Virus record (IMG/VR): IMGVR_UViG_3300038361_000164
Span: 124,001 to 188,000 of that record
Reading direction: 5' to 3' (one strand)
DNA: 64,000 nucleotides
Shown: positions 1 through 7,757 of the stretch, one piece after another
Position numbering within the stretch: the first letter of the stretch is position 1
Layout: the number at the start of each line of letters is the position of its first letter
Made by a program: the position numbers and the translations under genes
Notes under the pieces: model-generated
Databases searched by the model: none
Told to the model about the DNA's origin: nothing
What the model saw: the letters and a program-made list of their open reading frames with translations, nothing else

Positions 1-799
1 TAACTTTGTTTGTTTGGTAGTCATTTGTTCTAGAAAAACCGGTGTGGTAAATGTGTCAGGTAAAGCTATTCCTAGATTGCCATCATATACTTTTACCCAA
101 TTTTCAAGTCCGAAATGATTTGCCATATTGTAGCCGTATATTGCTGCGTTAAGCATATACCATTTATGTGCTTGCGTGCCAATAGGTTTGATTCCATTTT
201 TCATGGCTAAGTAAGCATTGCTGGTACCAACTAAAGATTTTTTCATAGTTTCAACCACGTTGGCATGTATTTCTGGAGATAACGCTCTGCGTGCTCCAAA
301 ATCAGCAACTTTCAACCCTTCCATTTTAATTCGACTCGCTTTTTCCTGCGATTCTTTTCGAACTGTTTCTTGGGAAGGCATTTGCTGTGTTTCATCATAT
401 TTTAAGCCTAACCAAGTGATTAGTGCCAAAATAGGTGTCTCCCAAAGCATAGTGCTATAAGTATATCCTTCTGAATAGATATCTAAGTAGCCGTCTATAT
501 TTTGAATTACCAATTCAGTTGGATCGTATTGATATCCATTTAAGTATTCTAAGTAAGTATGTGGAAAAATACCTTGCGCATGCATAAACACACATTCATG
601 CGCACGTAAGCGTAATTCTGACATGTTTCTAATGTGCCTTTTTAATTCGCCTACCATTAACTCATCATATTTAATTTTATGACCACGAGTGATGAGTCGA
701 TCTCTGCTTATTACGTTAGGAAATAGTTGAAATACAGCATTCTGCATTGTGAACTGATAAAAATCATTCCATAAGATGCTAGGTATTGTTTTAAACATG
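1..799 (-). CDS. pncB: Nicotinate phosphoribosyltransferase, partial (runs off window start; absent from ORF track)
   Basis: Manual translation from ATG at 799: MFKTIPSILWNDFYQFTMQNAV..., ETPILAL, ADFGARR, GTSN, PIGTQAHKW, GIALPDT, all typical NAPRTase motifs. Confidence 0.9.
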
Positions 800-822
800 T
801 AATTCCTTTCTAAAAGTTTATG

Positions 823-1092
823 TTAAGGTTTTTCTTTCTTTTTCTTTAGCTTTTCGATTTCTTCTTGAAGAGCCTTTTGCTCTTTTCTAAGCTTTTTGTT
901 TTCCTTTTCTACTGCCTTACCTTGTCTTCGGTAAGTATCCAAATCATTCTTATCCTCGATAGCGGCTTCCATGCGGTTTCCCATTGATTGTGCCTCTTCG
1001 ATAAGCCCTGGTAAATATGTAAAATTTCTAGTTTTATGGCAGGCCCTCATTTCATCGAGAACCGAACATAATGTTCTACTTAAATAAGGCAT
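823..1092 (-). CDS. Hypothetical coiled-coil protein
   Basis: ORF track; co-oriented; Lys/Glu-rich C-terminus. Confidence 0.55.
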   Translation of the reverse strand: MPYLSRTLCSVLDEMRACHKTRNFTYLPGLIEEAQSMGNRMEAAIEDKNDLDTYRRQGKAVEKENKKLRKEQKALQEEIEKLKKKKEKP

Positions 1093-1105
1093 TTTGTATC
1101 CTATA

Positions 1106-1462
1106 TTATTTCTTTTTTAGGTTTGGTAATTGACGTTGTATATATTCCTTTGGACGTTCCTGGAAGCTTTCCTCGAAAAATACTTCTGATTCAGCTTCTG
1201 CCTCCGATATTTCTGTGGGAATATTATCAATTCTATTATGAAGGTTTGCTAGCTCTTCTTCTATTAGTTCAACTGCTTCGACTGTATATGTGGTATTACT
1301 GGTTAACTCCTCTACAGCCTTTTTTATTTCGTCAGTTGCTAGGCTTATAGAAGTGTCTATGGTTGAATATCCGCGCCACATCATTCCGAAAGCGCTTATA
1401 AGAACTAGGGTTACTAACGCTGATAAAGCATTAGTTATTACTTGATTAAAATCAATTTTCAT
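1106..1462 (-). CDS. Hypothetical membrane-anchored coiled-coil protein
   Basis: N-terminal hydrophobic helix then acidic coiled coil. Confidence 0.55.
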   Translation of the reverse strand: MKIDFNQVITNALSALVTLVLISAFGMMWRGYSTIDTSISLATDEIKKAVEELTSNTTYTVEAVELIEEELANLHNRIDNIPTEISEAEAESEVFFEESFQERPKEYIQRQLPNLKKK

Positions 1463-1478
1463 GTTTGTTTTTGGTTAT

Positions 1479-1554
1479 TGGTGCTCTGAGGTAGACTTGA
1501 ACTACCAACCTATCGGTTATCAGCCGATTGCTCTAACATTGGAGCTACCAGAGC
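1479..1554 (-). tRNA. tRNA-Ile(GAT)
   Basis: Cloverleaf; anticodon arm TCGGCT-GAT-AACCGA; TTCAAGT T-loop; encoded CCA. Confidence 0.95.
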
Positions 1555-1558
1555 GAAA

Positions 1559-1646
1559 TGGTGAATCTGGAGGGAATTGAACCCACTCGACCCCTAAGGG
1601 ACCAGTTTTACAGACTGGGGTACCTGCCTTAATACTTTACAGATCC
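1559..1646 (-). tRNA. tRNA-Tyr(GTA)
   Basis: CCAGT-CT-GTA-AA-ACTGG; long variable arm; encoded CCA. Confidence 0.9.
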
Positions 1647-1653
1647 ATTTAAA

Positions 1654-2016
1654 TTAATATTTTTTGTTTTCTATTAGTTTCCAATTTTCATCTTTGATAT
1701 ACATTATCTGAATTATATTTCCTTTTCTTTTGTCAGAAAGAGTTAGTTTATGTTTCTCTACTAACGCATGTCCAGCAATGAACGTTTCTCTATGTGTTTC
1801 GTTCCATTGCTCATCATAAATAACGACAGTAAATTCTGACTGCAGTGTGGAAGATACTTCGGTAGGATACTCATCCTCTATATACTCTGTATATGTCGAT
1901 GATTCTTGATTGTGTTTATCTTTTGAGAATTTTTGGTATCCAACTGTAACCATAATACCTACTATTGTTATTACGAGTATTAATTCAATTACTGTAAACG
2001 CTTTACTTGTTTTCAT
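1654..2016 (-). CDS. Prepilin-type N-terminal cleavage/methylation domain protein
   Basis: KAFTVIELILVITIVGIMVTVG (F+1, E+5, hydrophobic helix). Confidence 0.75.
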   Translation of the reverse strand: MKTSKAFTVIELILVITIVGIMVTVGYQKFSKDKHNQESSTYTEYIEDEYPTEVSSTLQSEFTVVIYDEQWNETHRETFIAGHALVEKHKLTLSDKRKGNIIQIMYIKDENWKLIENKKY

Positions 2017-2458
2017 TTAGTTCCTTTCTTACTTGCATTAATGCTTTTCCTAAAAGGTTTTTGCCTTTTCCGTCTTTTCCAATTCCCCACTCAGTGTCAT
2101 TCCACTGGGCAGCGTCTTCTATGATTTCAACATCTTGTGTACAGAGTAATATTTTTTTGTAAAGTTCTATCTTGAACTTTTCTCTTAGGCAAACGACCAT
2201 TACGTCATATTTTACTTCTTCCCAATCTGGGCGAAGGCTTACTCTGCGACCCGCACGTTTAGCTTTTCCTGGTGTTGGCATTTGTGCCATTTCAACACGC
2301 AATGTTGGGCTGATGGTTTTGTGTGCCTGAAATGCATGTTCTACTGTTGGGTATTTAATATCATCAATTGTAATAGGAGAATCTGCGAAATTAGAAAAGT
2401 ATTCATCATAACCCGAGGGCTTTTTTGCGTTGAAGATTATTTTGTTTAATGTTTTCAT
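2003..2458 (-). CDS. NADAR (YbiA-like) family protein
   Basis: FSNF, YPTVEHAFQAHK, RPDWEEVK, WGIG...GKNLLGKALMQVR. Confidence 0.9.
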   Translation of the reverse strand: MKTLNKIIFNAKKPSGYDEYFSNFADSPITIDDIKYPTVEHAFQAHKTISPTLRVEMAQMPTPGKAKRAGRRVSLRPDWEEVKYDVMVVCLREKFKIELYKKILLCTQDVEIIEDAAQWNDTEWGIGKDGKGKNLLGKALMQVRKELNENK

Positions 2459-2479
2459 TTTTGTTCCTTTTATTTGTTG

Positions 2480-2563
2480 GGCTGATAGCAGGATTCGAAC
2501 CTGCGAAGACTTTCGTCATCTGATTACAAATCAGAACCTTTTGACCTCTCAGGAAATATCAGC
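2480..2563 (-). tRNA. tRNA-Thr(TGT) with atypical long variable arm
   Basis: Acceptor GCTGATA/TATCAGC (Thr-type); TCTGA-TT-TGT-AA-TCAGA; variable stem GAC-GAAA-GTC. Confidence 0.75.
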
Positions 2564-2564
2564 A

Positions 2565-3353
2565 CTACTTTTTCTTTATTTCATTTTCATAAAAGAATCT
2601 TAGATTTTCTTTCATCTCTTCTTCTTTCATTCTTTTTTTGCGTTTTGCAACTCGTACAACATGTTCTTCAGGATAGAGTTCTTCGACCTTGTCTGATTGC
2701 CAAAACTCGAAAGTTTCAACATCCATAACGGTTAATTTTCCGAACCATCCAGCGCCTGTATCAGTCATAACCAGGTTTGAAAAGAATGTTGGTTCGTCGC
2801 CGCCTGTTATTCCTGTAGTTGCTGTGTGTCCAACAAAAATAATTCTGTAGTTTTCAAACTTATGTCCTTGTTTTTCGTATATACGAGCAACATTGAGAAG
2901 AGTTCTATCCCACATTAAATTATATGTTGATTCTTTGGATATGGGGTATTTATGATGAAAACCGCCGTGCACATAAACATTATTAAGTTCGTCTATGTGG
3001 TATAGTTTAGTTTTATTCTCAAGAAAGTATCTATGTTTGTCTCTCCACTTGACTGGAGCCATTACATAGCTGGCTATTGTTTCATCTCCGCCTTGTTCTA
3101 GCCATAGCTCTGGAGCTTGTCCATATTGTAGCCAACCGAGCAGCCATGCGTCGTGATTACCCATAATGAATACTAAGTTTTTAATTTTTAGAAGTTCATT
3201 TATGCCCTCTGCTACATCGGACCAGCCATCGGCCGCGTCTCCTATAAATATAAGAGTATCGTTTTCATAGTCGAATTCACAGCGCTCCATGCATTGTTTA
3301 AATGCTTTGAGAGCTCCATGTAAATCGCCCATGACTAATGTTCTAGGTTTCAT
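2565..3353 (-). CDS. Calcineurin-like metallophosphoesterase (lambda NinI/PrpA-like)
   Basis: GDLHG, GDAAD, GNHD, HGG, GHT, DTGAG motifs. Confidence 0.9.
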   Translation of the reverse strand: MKPRTLVMGDLHGALKAFKQCMERCEFDYENDTLIFIGDAADGWSDVAEGINELLKIKNLVFIMGNHDAWLLGWLQYGQAPELWLEQGGDETIASYVMAPVKWRDKHRYFLENKTKLYHIDELNNVYVHGGFHHKYPISKESTYNLMWDRTLLNVARIYEKQGHKFENYRIIFVGHTATTGITGGDEPTFFSNLVMTDTGAGWFGKLTVMDVETFEFWQSDKVEELYPEEHVVRVAKRKKRMKEEEMKENLRFFYENEIKKK

Positions 3354-3667
3354 TATATTTTATTTCTCATTAAACAGTCTTTGATACCTTCCTCAATATC
3401 CTGTTCAATGCTTTTATAGCAAACAAAGTTATATTTCTTTTTAAACTTAGCTTCGCCAAGCCTTTTTACGGAAGGGCCAAACATTGCTATAAAGAATGAA
3501 GGATTAATTGCTATTGTATCTGTAGGTAGTTCAATTACTATTTCTTTGAAGAAAAATTCGATAGCTGGAAGGTAACAAGCTTTGCGTGCAAATGCACCGA
3601 GATCTCGTCCACTAAATACTCGCGAACCGTCTTTTCTAAATCTGTATAGATCTATTGTTTTTCTCAT
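3353..3667 (-). CDS. STAS-like (DUF4325-like) protein
   Basis: FSGRDLG...INPSFFIAMFG pattern. Confidence 0.5.
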   Translation of the reverse strand: MRKTIDLYRFRKDGSRVFSGRDLGAFARKACYLPAIEFFFKEIVIELPTDTIAINPSFFIAMFGPSVKRLGEAKFKKKYNFVCYKSIEQDIEEGIKDCLMRNKI

Positions 3668-3691
3668 GTTATGCCTTTCTGATTTTATTTG

Positions 3692-3764
3692 TAGCGTGAA
3701 TGGGCGTCGAACCCATCTATCCAGGTTTCCAAAACCCAGATGCCTAGCCCCCGGTCATCACACT
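3692..3764 (-). tRNA. tRNA-Pro(TGG)
   Basis: Acceptor AGTGTGA/TCACGCT; TT-TGG-AA loop with two G-U pairs in stem; T-arm ATGGG-TTCGACG-CCCAT. Confidence 0.75.
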
Positions 3765-3790
3765 AGAATGGGCGGAATTCCGCCCGGAAT

Positions 3791-3955
3791 TTATTTTTCA
3801 AATTGTTGTACAAATCCAAGTAAGTGTCCTGCTAGAGAACTTGCGCCTACTATAATTAATAATGTGGCTTGTATTTCTAATCCGTACAACAATACACATG
3901 TGCCGACTATTGCATTAAAACATAGTCGAGCAACTGTTAAAATATTGTTTTCCAT
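3791..3955 (-). CDS. Small (54 aa) hydrophobic protein
   Basis: Manual translation MENNILTVARL...; AGGA upstream; below ORF-track cutoff. Confidence 0.45.
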   Translation of the reverse strand: MENNILTVARLCFNAIVGTCVLLYGLEIQATLLIIVGASSLAGHLLGFVQQFEK

Positions 3956-3965
3956 TATTTTCCTT

Positions 3966-4166
3966 TTATTTATTATGCTTTTTCAAGCAATCTTTTGATA
4001 TACAAGTGCCTGTGTGGTCTACTTGAATTGGTCCGCATCCTTCACAAATTGTGAGGGCGTATTTTTTGTTTTCAGTGTCATCCTTTGTAGATAGGTTTGT
4101 TAAATCGTTTCTGTAGCCTTTTACACCAAACATATCTATAGTGCATTGCCAGCAGTAATCTGCCAT
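3966..4166 (-). CDS. Small Cys-rich (CxxC...CxxC) protein
   Basis: CWQC, CEGC motifs; overlaps upstream gene stop. Confidence 0.55.
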   Translation of the reverse strand: MADYCWQCTIDMFGVKGYRNDLTNLSTKDDTENKKYALTICEGCGPIQVDHTGTCISKDCLKKHNK

Positions 4167-4822
4167 TATATATCTCCTTTTGGAATTATCATGTGAGTAC
4201 CGCCCTTAGCCATCATTTCGTTTAAAATTAGGTCTATGTCCCCATTTACTTGTGCGTTGTCACTTTCCTCAGATATTAATGTGTCAACCCTAAACCCGCG
4301 AAGTTCCCAAGCGTGCGTTATTGCGCGAAATTGGCGAGCATCCGTTATATGTTTAAAAAGATGTGTCCATGAATTTGTTATGGTTGGGTATTGTTTTTGT
4401 ATCATGTACTTCGCAGTATTTTTGTCGGGAGCTATCCCTACTATTATTTTTGGGTTATTTGGATCGCCTGCAAATTTTTTATGTAGCTTTTTATAAAGTT
4501 CAAGTTCAGCTTCTTCTTTCTTTTTAGCTTTAACCTTGGCAGCTTTTTTTGCCGCTATGCTTTTCTTTTCATTTGTTTTGGTACGCTTTTCTAATTCTTC
4601 ATCAGTTTCCCAGCGTATACCGTGTATATTTACGTCATAACCACCGTCATAGTCAGTTTTTAAACAAATACTAGCTGTTTCGTAGCCTTGATCTGCTACT
4701 TCTTTCTCAATTCTATCTAAGTTAGTTTTAATTTCACTAGTAAGACCTTCAAACGTAGTGTTAAGGTCAATATAAAAGGGCAAAATAATTTGCTTATTAA
4801 TACGTTTTCTTGTTGTTTTCAT
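4166..4822 (-). CDS. Hypothetical protein (start moved to 4822 to avoid tRNA-Glu overlap)
   Basis: ORF track; AGGA upstream of MKTTRK. Confidence 0.55.
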   Translation of the reverse strand: MKTTRKRINKQIILPFYIDLNTTFEGLTSEIKTNLDRIEKEVADQGYETASICLKTDYDGGYDVNIHGIRWETDEELEKRTKTNEKKSIAAKKAAKVKAKKKEEAELELYKKLHKKFAGDPNNPKIIVGIAPDKNTAKYMIQKQYPTITNSWTHLFKHITDARQFRAITHAWELRGFRVDTLISEESDNAQVNGDIDLILNEMMAKGGTHMIIPKGDI

Positions 4823-4838
4823 ATTTGATTCCTGTAAA

Positions 4839-4913
4839 TGGTAGCGCATAGGAGAGTCGAACTCCTGTACCCAGACTGAAAACCTGGTGTCCTAGCCATT
4901 AGACGAATGCGCC
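4839..4913 (-). tRNA. tRNA-Glu(TTC)
   Basis: CCAGG-TT-TTC-AG-TCTGG; encoded CCA. Confidence 0.95.
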
Positions 4914-4918
4914 ATTAA

Positions 4919-5191
4919 TTAGATGTCTTCTAAAAATAGTTCTGTGAAACATGGAGTATTTTCCCCCACATAAGAACCTAAGGTATTAAACTCGAAAAAT
5001 TCTTGTGCTTCCTCTTCTGTCATACCGTCGCGTACCATAAGTATCTCGATGCACTTAAAAGTATTGTATAAAGCCACTGTATTCATACCACATCTAGATA
5101 CTGTTCCTATTAAGGCTTCGTCGAACCCGTCGGCAAATAGCATGTCTTCGTTATATTCAGCTGCTTTTAATTTTAGTGGATGTTCATCCAT
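4919..5191 (-). CDS. Conserved phage hypothetical protein
   Basis: ADGFDEALIG...DGMTEEEAQEFFEFN..GSYVGENTP, a pattern common in phage ORFs. Confidence 0.6.
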   Translation of the reverse strand: MDEHPLKLKAAEYNEDMLFADGFDEALIGTVSRCGMNTVALYNTFKCIEILMVRDGMTEEEAQEFFEFNTLGSYVGENTPCFTELFLEDI

Positions 5192-5574
5192 GTCAAGTCC
5201 TTTATTATTAGTGTGTTAGTGGAGGCTACGGAGAACGATTCCGTCTGTTTTTTTCCGTGCAAAAGAAATGACCACCCCATTGCAGTCCCAACCCCCGTAA
5301 GTTTATATTGTTTGTTCTGTTGTCGGCGTTTGTTCTTGTTCTTTTTCTGTTGGTGACGCGTCATACGTGGCGCCTAGCGCATATATGTAAAGGATCCAAA
5401 TAACTGCAGCCCAAGTTAAACATATGGTACCGTAGTGTTTTGCTCTTTTGCCTTTGTAGCTAGTTTTTAGTGATAATACTAAAAAACCAAACCCTGCTAT
5501 AGTTAATACAATTATTGGAATTGCGAGAATACCTATAAACATATTATTTCCTTTCTTTTTATTTTTCTTGTTTG

Positions 5575-5649
5575 CAGTACGCACGGGATTCGAACCCGTC
5601 TATATTCACTGTGACAGAGTGACGTCTACACCTAGCAGACTCGCGCACT
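5575..5649 (-). tRNA. tRNA-Asp(GTC)
   Basis: TCACT-CT-GTC-AC-AGTGA; G73. Confidence 0.92.
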
Positions 5650-5686
5650 ATTGAATCCTAAAAATGTTGCTTAAGTAACATAAGTG

Positions 5687-5715
5687 TTGACTTTCGACTC
5701 TCTGTTTTATATATT
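5687..5715 (+). promoter_or_regulatory. Sigma70-like promoter for HNH gene
   Basis: TTGACT-N17-TATATT; ATG at 5721. Confidence 0.7.
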
Positions 5716-5720
5716 AAACC

Positions 5721-6221
5721 ATGAAAGTAAAATGTAAACAATGCACCAAAGAATTTGATAAAAGACCTAGTCAAATTAAAAGGACTAAAAATAATTTTTG
5801 TACACATAGTTGTGCAGCAATTTATAATAATCGAAAACATCCAAAACGAGTAGCAATATGTCTTTGCATAGTTTGTGGGTATAAAATAAGCCGTCAAAAT
5901 GCACATTGTCATGTTTGTAGAAGAAAAAAAGCTTTATCTTCTTTTAATGATGCTACAATTCAAGAAAAATTATATCATAAAAAAGGTCCTTGGAAATATA
6001 ATCCTATACGGCGTCGTGCAAAATCTGTGTTAGAACTTGAAAACCGTCCTAAAATTTGTGAAGACTGTGGTTGGGAGTCGCACGTGGAAATAGCGCATAT
6101 TCAACCAATTTCTACTTTTCCTTTAACTACCAAAATTGCCGAAGTTAATGCACCGACTAATTTGAAGTATTTGTGTCCCAATTGCCATTGGCTTTTAGAC
6201 CATTCAACTACTAAATTATAA
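5721..6221 (+). CDS. HNH endonuclease (homing-type) inserted antisense in tRNA array
   Basis: CxxC pairs; CEDCGW...EIAHI...NL..LCPNCHWLLD. Confidence 0.9.
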   Translation: MKVKCKQCTKEFDKRPSQIKRTKNNFCTHSCAAIYNNRKHPKRVAICLCIVCGYKISRQNAHCHVCRRKKALSSFNDATIQEKLYHKKGPWKYNPIRRRAKSVLELENRPKICEDCGWESHVEIAHIQPISTFPLTTKIAEVNAPTNLKYLCPNCHWLLDHSTTKL

Positions 6222-6377
6222 TTTCATTTTTAAAAATATAAGTAGTGTGTTATTACACCAAAGGGATGCAGTTTCTTTCACCTGTCACTCAGTTTATAAA
6301 CTCTGATCCTCGAACTTTAGTTCTCTCCCCACTCTTTAAAAGATGGGTACCGCTAATCCAACTTCCTACTTATAATT

Positions 6378-6450
6378 TGGCCGCAGGTGTGGGTTACTAC
6401 ACCACATTTCCCTCCTCAATGGAGGGGTCCTAGATTTAAACGAACCTGCG
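6378..6450 (-). pseudogene. Degenerate tRNA-like element (TTG anticodon-like loop)
   Basis: Perfect acceptor CGCAGGT/ACCTGCG, G73, CCA; abnormal T-loop and position 33. Confidence 0.65.
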
Positions 6451-6455
6451 TTAAT

Positions 6456-6525
6456 TGGCGGAGGAGTACAGGATCTTGAACCTGCGCAATCTGCTTTGGA
6501 AGGCAGACCTCCGGAGAACTCCCCC
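6456..6525 (-). pseudogene. Degenerate tRNA-like element (8-nt anticodon loop CTTCCAAA, reduced D-arm)
   Basis: Acceptor GGGGGAG/CTCCTCC, G73, CCA; T-arm GCAGG-TTCAAGAT-CCTGT. Confidence 0.65.
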
Positions 6526-6531
6526 TCTAAT

Positions 6532-6585
6532 TGGTCGCTCCCCTTCCCGTGCGCTATAATCACACAGTTGACGTCAGAGGAGCAA
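6532..6585 (-). pseudogene. Mini tRNA-like element (about 54 nt)
   Basis: TTGCTCCTC/GGGGAGCGA stem followed by CCA; one internal 5-bp/7-nt hairpin. Confidence 0.5.
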
Positions 6586-6591
6586 ACGTTA

Positions 6592-6689
6592 TGGCAGTTA
6601 GGGTAGGACTTGAACCTACATTTGCTACTAATCGCCAATGGTTTGCACCACCCGTTTTCACATATCCTAGTCTATTGGACGACCTAACT
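6592..6689 (-). pseudogene. Degenerate tRNA-like element (Ser-like, expanded centre)
   Basis: Acceptor AGTTAGG/CCTAACT, G73, CCA; T-arm GTAGG-TTCAAGT-CCTAC; no regular anticodon arm. Confidence 0.65.
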
Positions 6690-6695
6690 ATTATT

Positions 6696-6941
6696 TTACG
6701 AAATATTGTGTTGAGCTAATTTACGAAGAACAAATTTTTTTAATGCTCCAGGATTTTTATTTTTATCTTCGCCGATTATATGTAGAGCAATTTTCATCTC
6801 TTTGCCGGCGTGTCCTGGTTTACCTAATATGTATCTTACAACTCTTCCTGCTTTGTTAAACTCTCGTCTTTCGCGATCTGAATAACGTTTGCATTTTACT
6901 TTGTCTCTTCCTTTTTTACTGGATTTTGCTTTTTGTGCCAT
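6696..6941 (-). CDS. Small basic hypothetical protein
   Basis: ORF track; AGGAG upstream. Confidence 0.55.
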   Translation of the reverse strand: MAQKAKSSKKGRDKVKCKRYSDRERREFNKAGRVVRYILGKPGHAGKEMKIALHIIGEDKNKNPGALKKFVLRKLAQHNIS

Positions 6942-6972
6942 TATGCACTCCTTGTTAATAAGTTATTGTTTG

Positions 6973-7047
6973 AGCGAATAGTGGAAGTCGAATCCACGAA
7001 CCTTAACTTTGGCAAAGTTACGCTCTGACCAGCTGAGCTATATTCGC
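6973..7047 (-). tRNA. tRNA-Gly(GCC)
   Basis: TAACT-TT-GCC-AA-AGTTA; U73. Confidence 0.95.
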
Positions 7048-7054
7048 ATTATTG

Positions 7055-7126
7055 AGCAACTAGAGGGAATCGAACCCTCATCGTCTGGGTGGAAGCCAGA
7101 AATCTTAGCCATTGGACCACAGTCGC
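7055..7126 (-). tRNA. tRNA-Gly(TCC)
   Basis: TCTGG-CT-TCC-AC-CCAGA; U73. Confidence 0.95.
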
Positions 7127-7160
7127 ATGTGGGCGGTCAAAGCCGCCCTATTTAAAAAAC

Positions 7161-7177
7161 TCACAATGTCAAAAAAC
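7161..7177 (-). promoter_or_regulatory. boxA-like antitermination element
   Basis: AGTTTTTTGACATTGTGA resembles rRNA/tRNA-operon boxA (AGTTCTTTGA.A) just upstream of the first tRNA. Confidence 0.45.
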
Positions 7178-7188
7178 TATAATTATAT

Positions 7189-7225
7189 AAAAAAAGCCCG
7201 GTTAGATCTCTCTTTGCCGGGCTTT
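7189..7225 (-). terminator. Intrinsic terminator (attenuator) upstream of tRNA array
   Basis: AAAGCCCGG...CCGGGCTTTTTTT hairpin plus U-tract. Confidence 0.85.
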
Positions 7226-7251
7226 AAAAAACTTATAAAATATTAAATTAT

Positions 7252-7362
7252 TTATAGCATAAAGCCCGTATTTTTAAAACGTTCTGCAGGTACACCATGC
7301 CCATTGGCCTGGGTAATACAGAGGCTTTGATAATCCGATAATCTTACTATAATATTATACAT
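7252..7362 (-). CDS. Putative attenuator leader peptide (36 aa, leaderless)
   Basis: MYNIIVRLSDYQSLCITQANGHGVPAERFKNTGFML; ATG at predicted TSS; last codons contain CGGGCTTT, complementary to the terminator 5' arm. Confidence 0.7.
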   Translation of the reverse strand: MYNIIVRLSDYQSLCITQANGHGVPAERFKNTGFML

Positions 7363-7367
7363 ATTTT

Positions 7368-7396
7368 ATAATACACCCTTATATGAGCGTTGTCAA
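7368..7396 (-). promoter_or_regulatory. Sigma70-like promoter of tRNA operon
   Basis: TTGACA-N17-(TG)TATTAT. Confidence 0.8.
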
Positions 7397-7410
7397 GTCT
7401 TTTTTCCCAA

Positions 7411-7740
7411 CTACGCTATTTCAATTTCAGTTGAGTGATATTTTTCAGCGATTGGAATAGTAATTAAAAGATAAAATCCGTTCATTTCAGCTTTGATATT
7501 CTTCGTAAGAAATCTATCATTTTTCTTAGGAGTTGCGTCTGATGAGTACAAGCGGAATTTGTTTTCAAATCCTTGCTGTATCACGTCACGTAATCCTGTC
7601 ATATCTGCTGTTTTTACGATTAAATGGGTAGGCGACATCTTAATGCTTACTTCACTTTTTACAAACTCTGGTAAATACAATTCGTAAGTAGTTTCTTTAT
7701 CTTCTGCTATTACCAAGTTTTTTGCTTCGATTCTGTTCAT
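7411..7740 (-). CDS. Small heat-shock (Hsp20-like) protein
   Basis: YELYLPEF.KSEVSIK...IKAEMNGFYLLITIP alpha-crystallin-like pattern. Confidence 0.55.
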   Translation of the reverse strand: MNRIEAKNLVIAEDKETTYELYLPEFVKSEVSIKMSPTHLIVKTADMTGLRDVIQQGFENKFRLYSSDATPKKNDRFLTKNIKAEMNGFYLLITIPIAEKYHSTEIEIA

Positions 7741-7757
7741 AATATTATGTTGGTTTC

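Noticed and set aside
6456-6525. Opal suppressor tRNA explaining the recoding
   Set aside because: Loop is CTTCCAAA (8 nt, no TCA anticodon) and the D-arm is defective; no TCA tRNA found in this window
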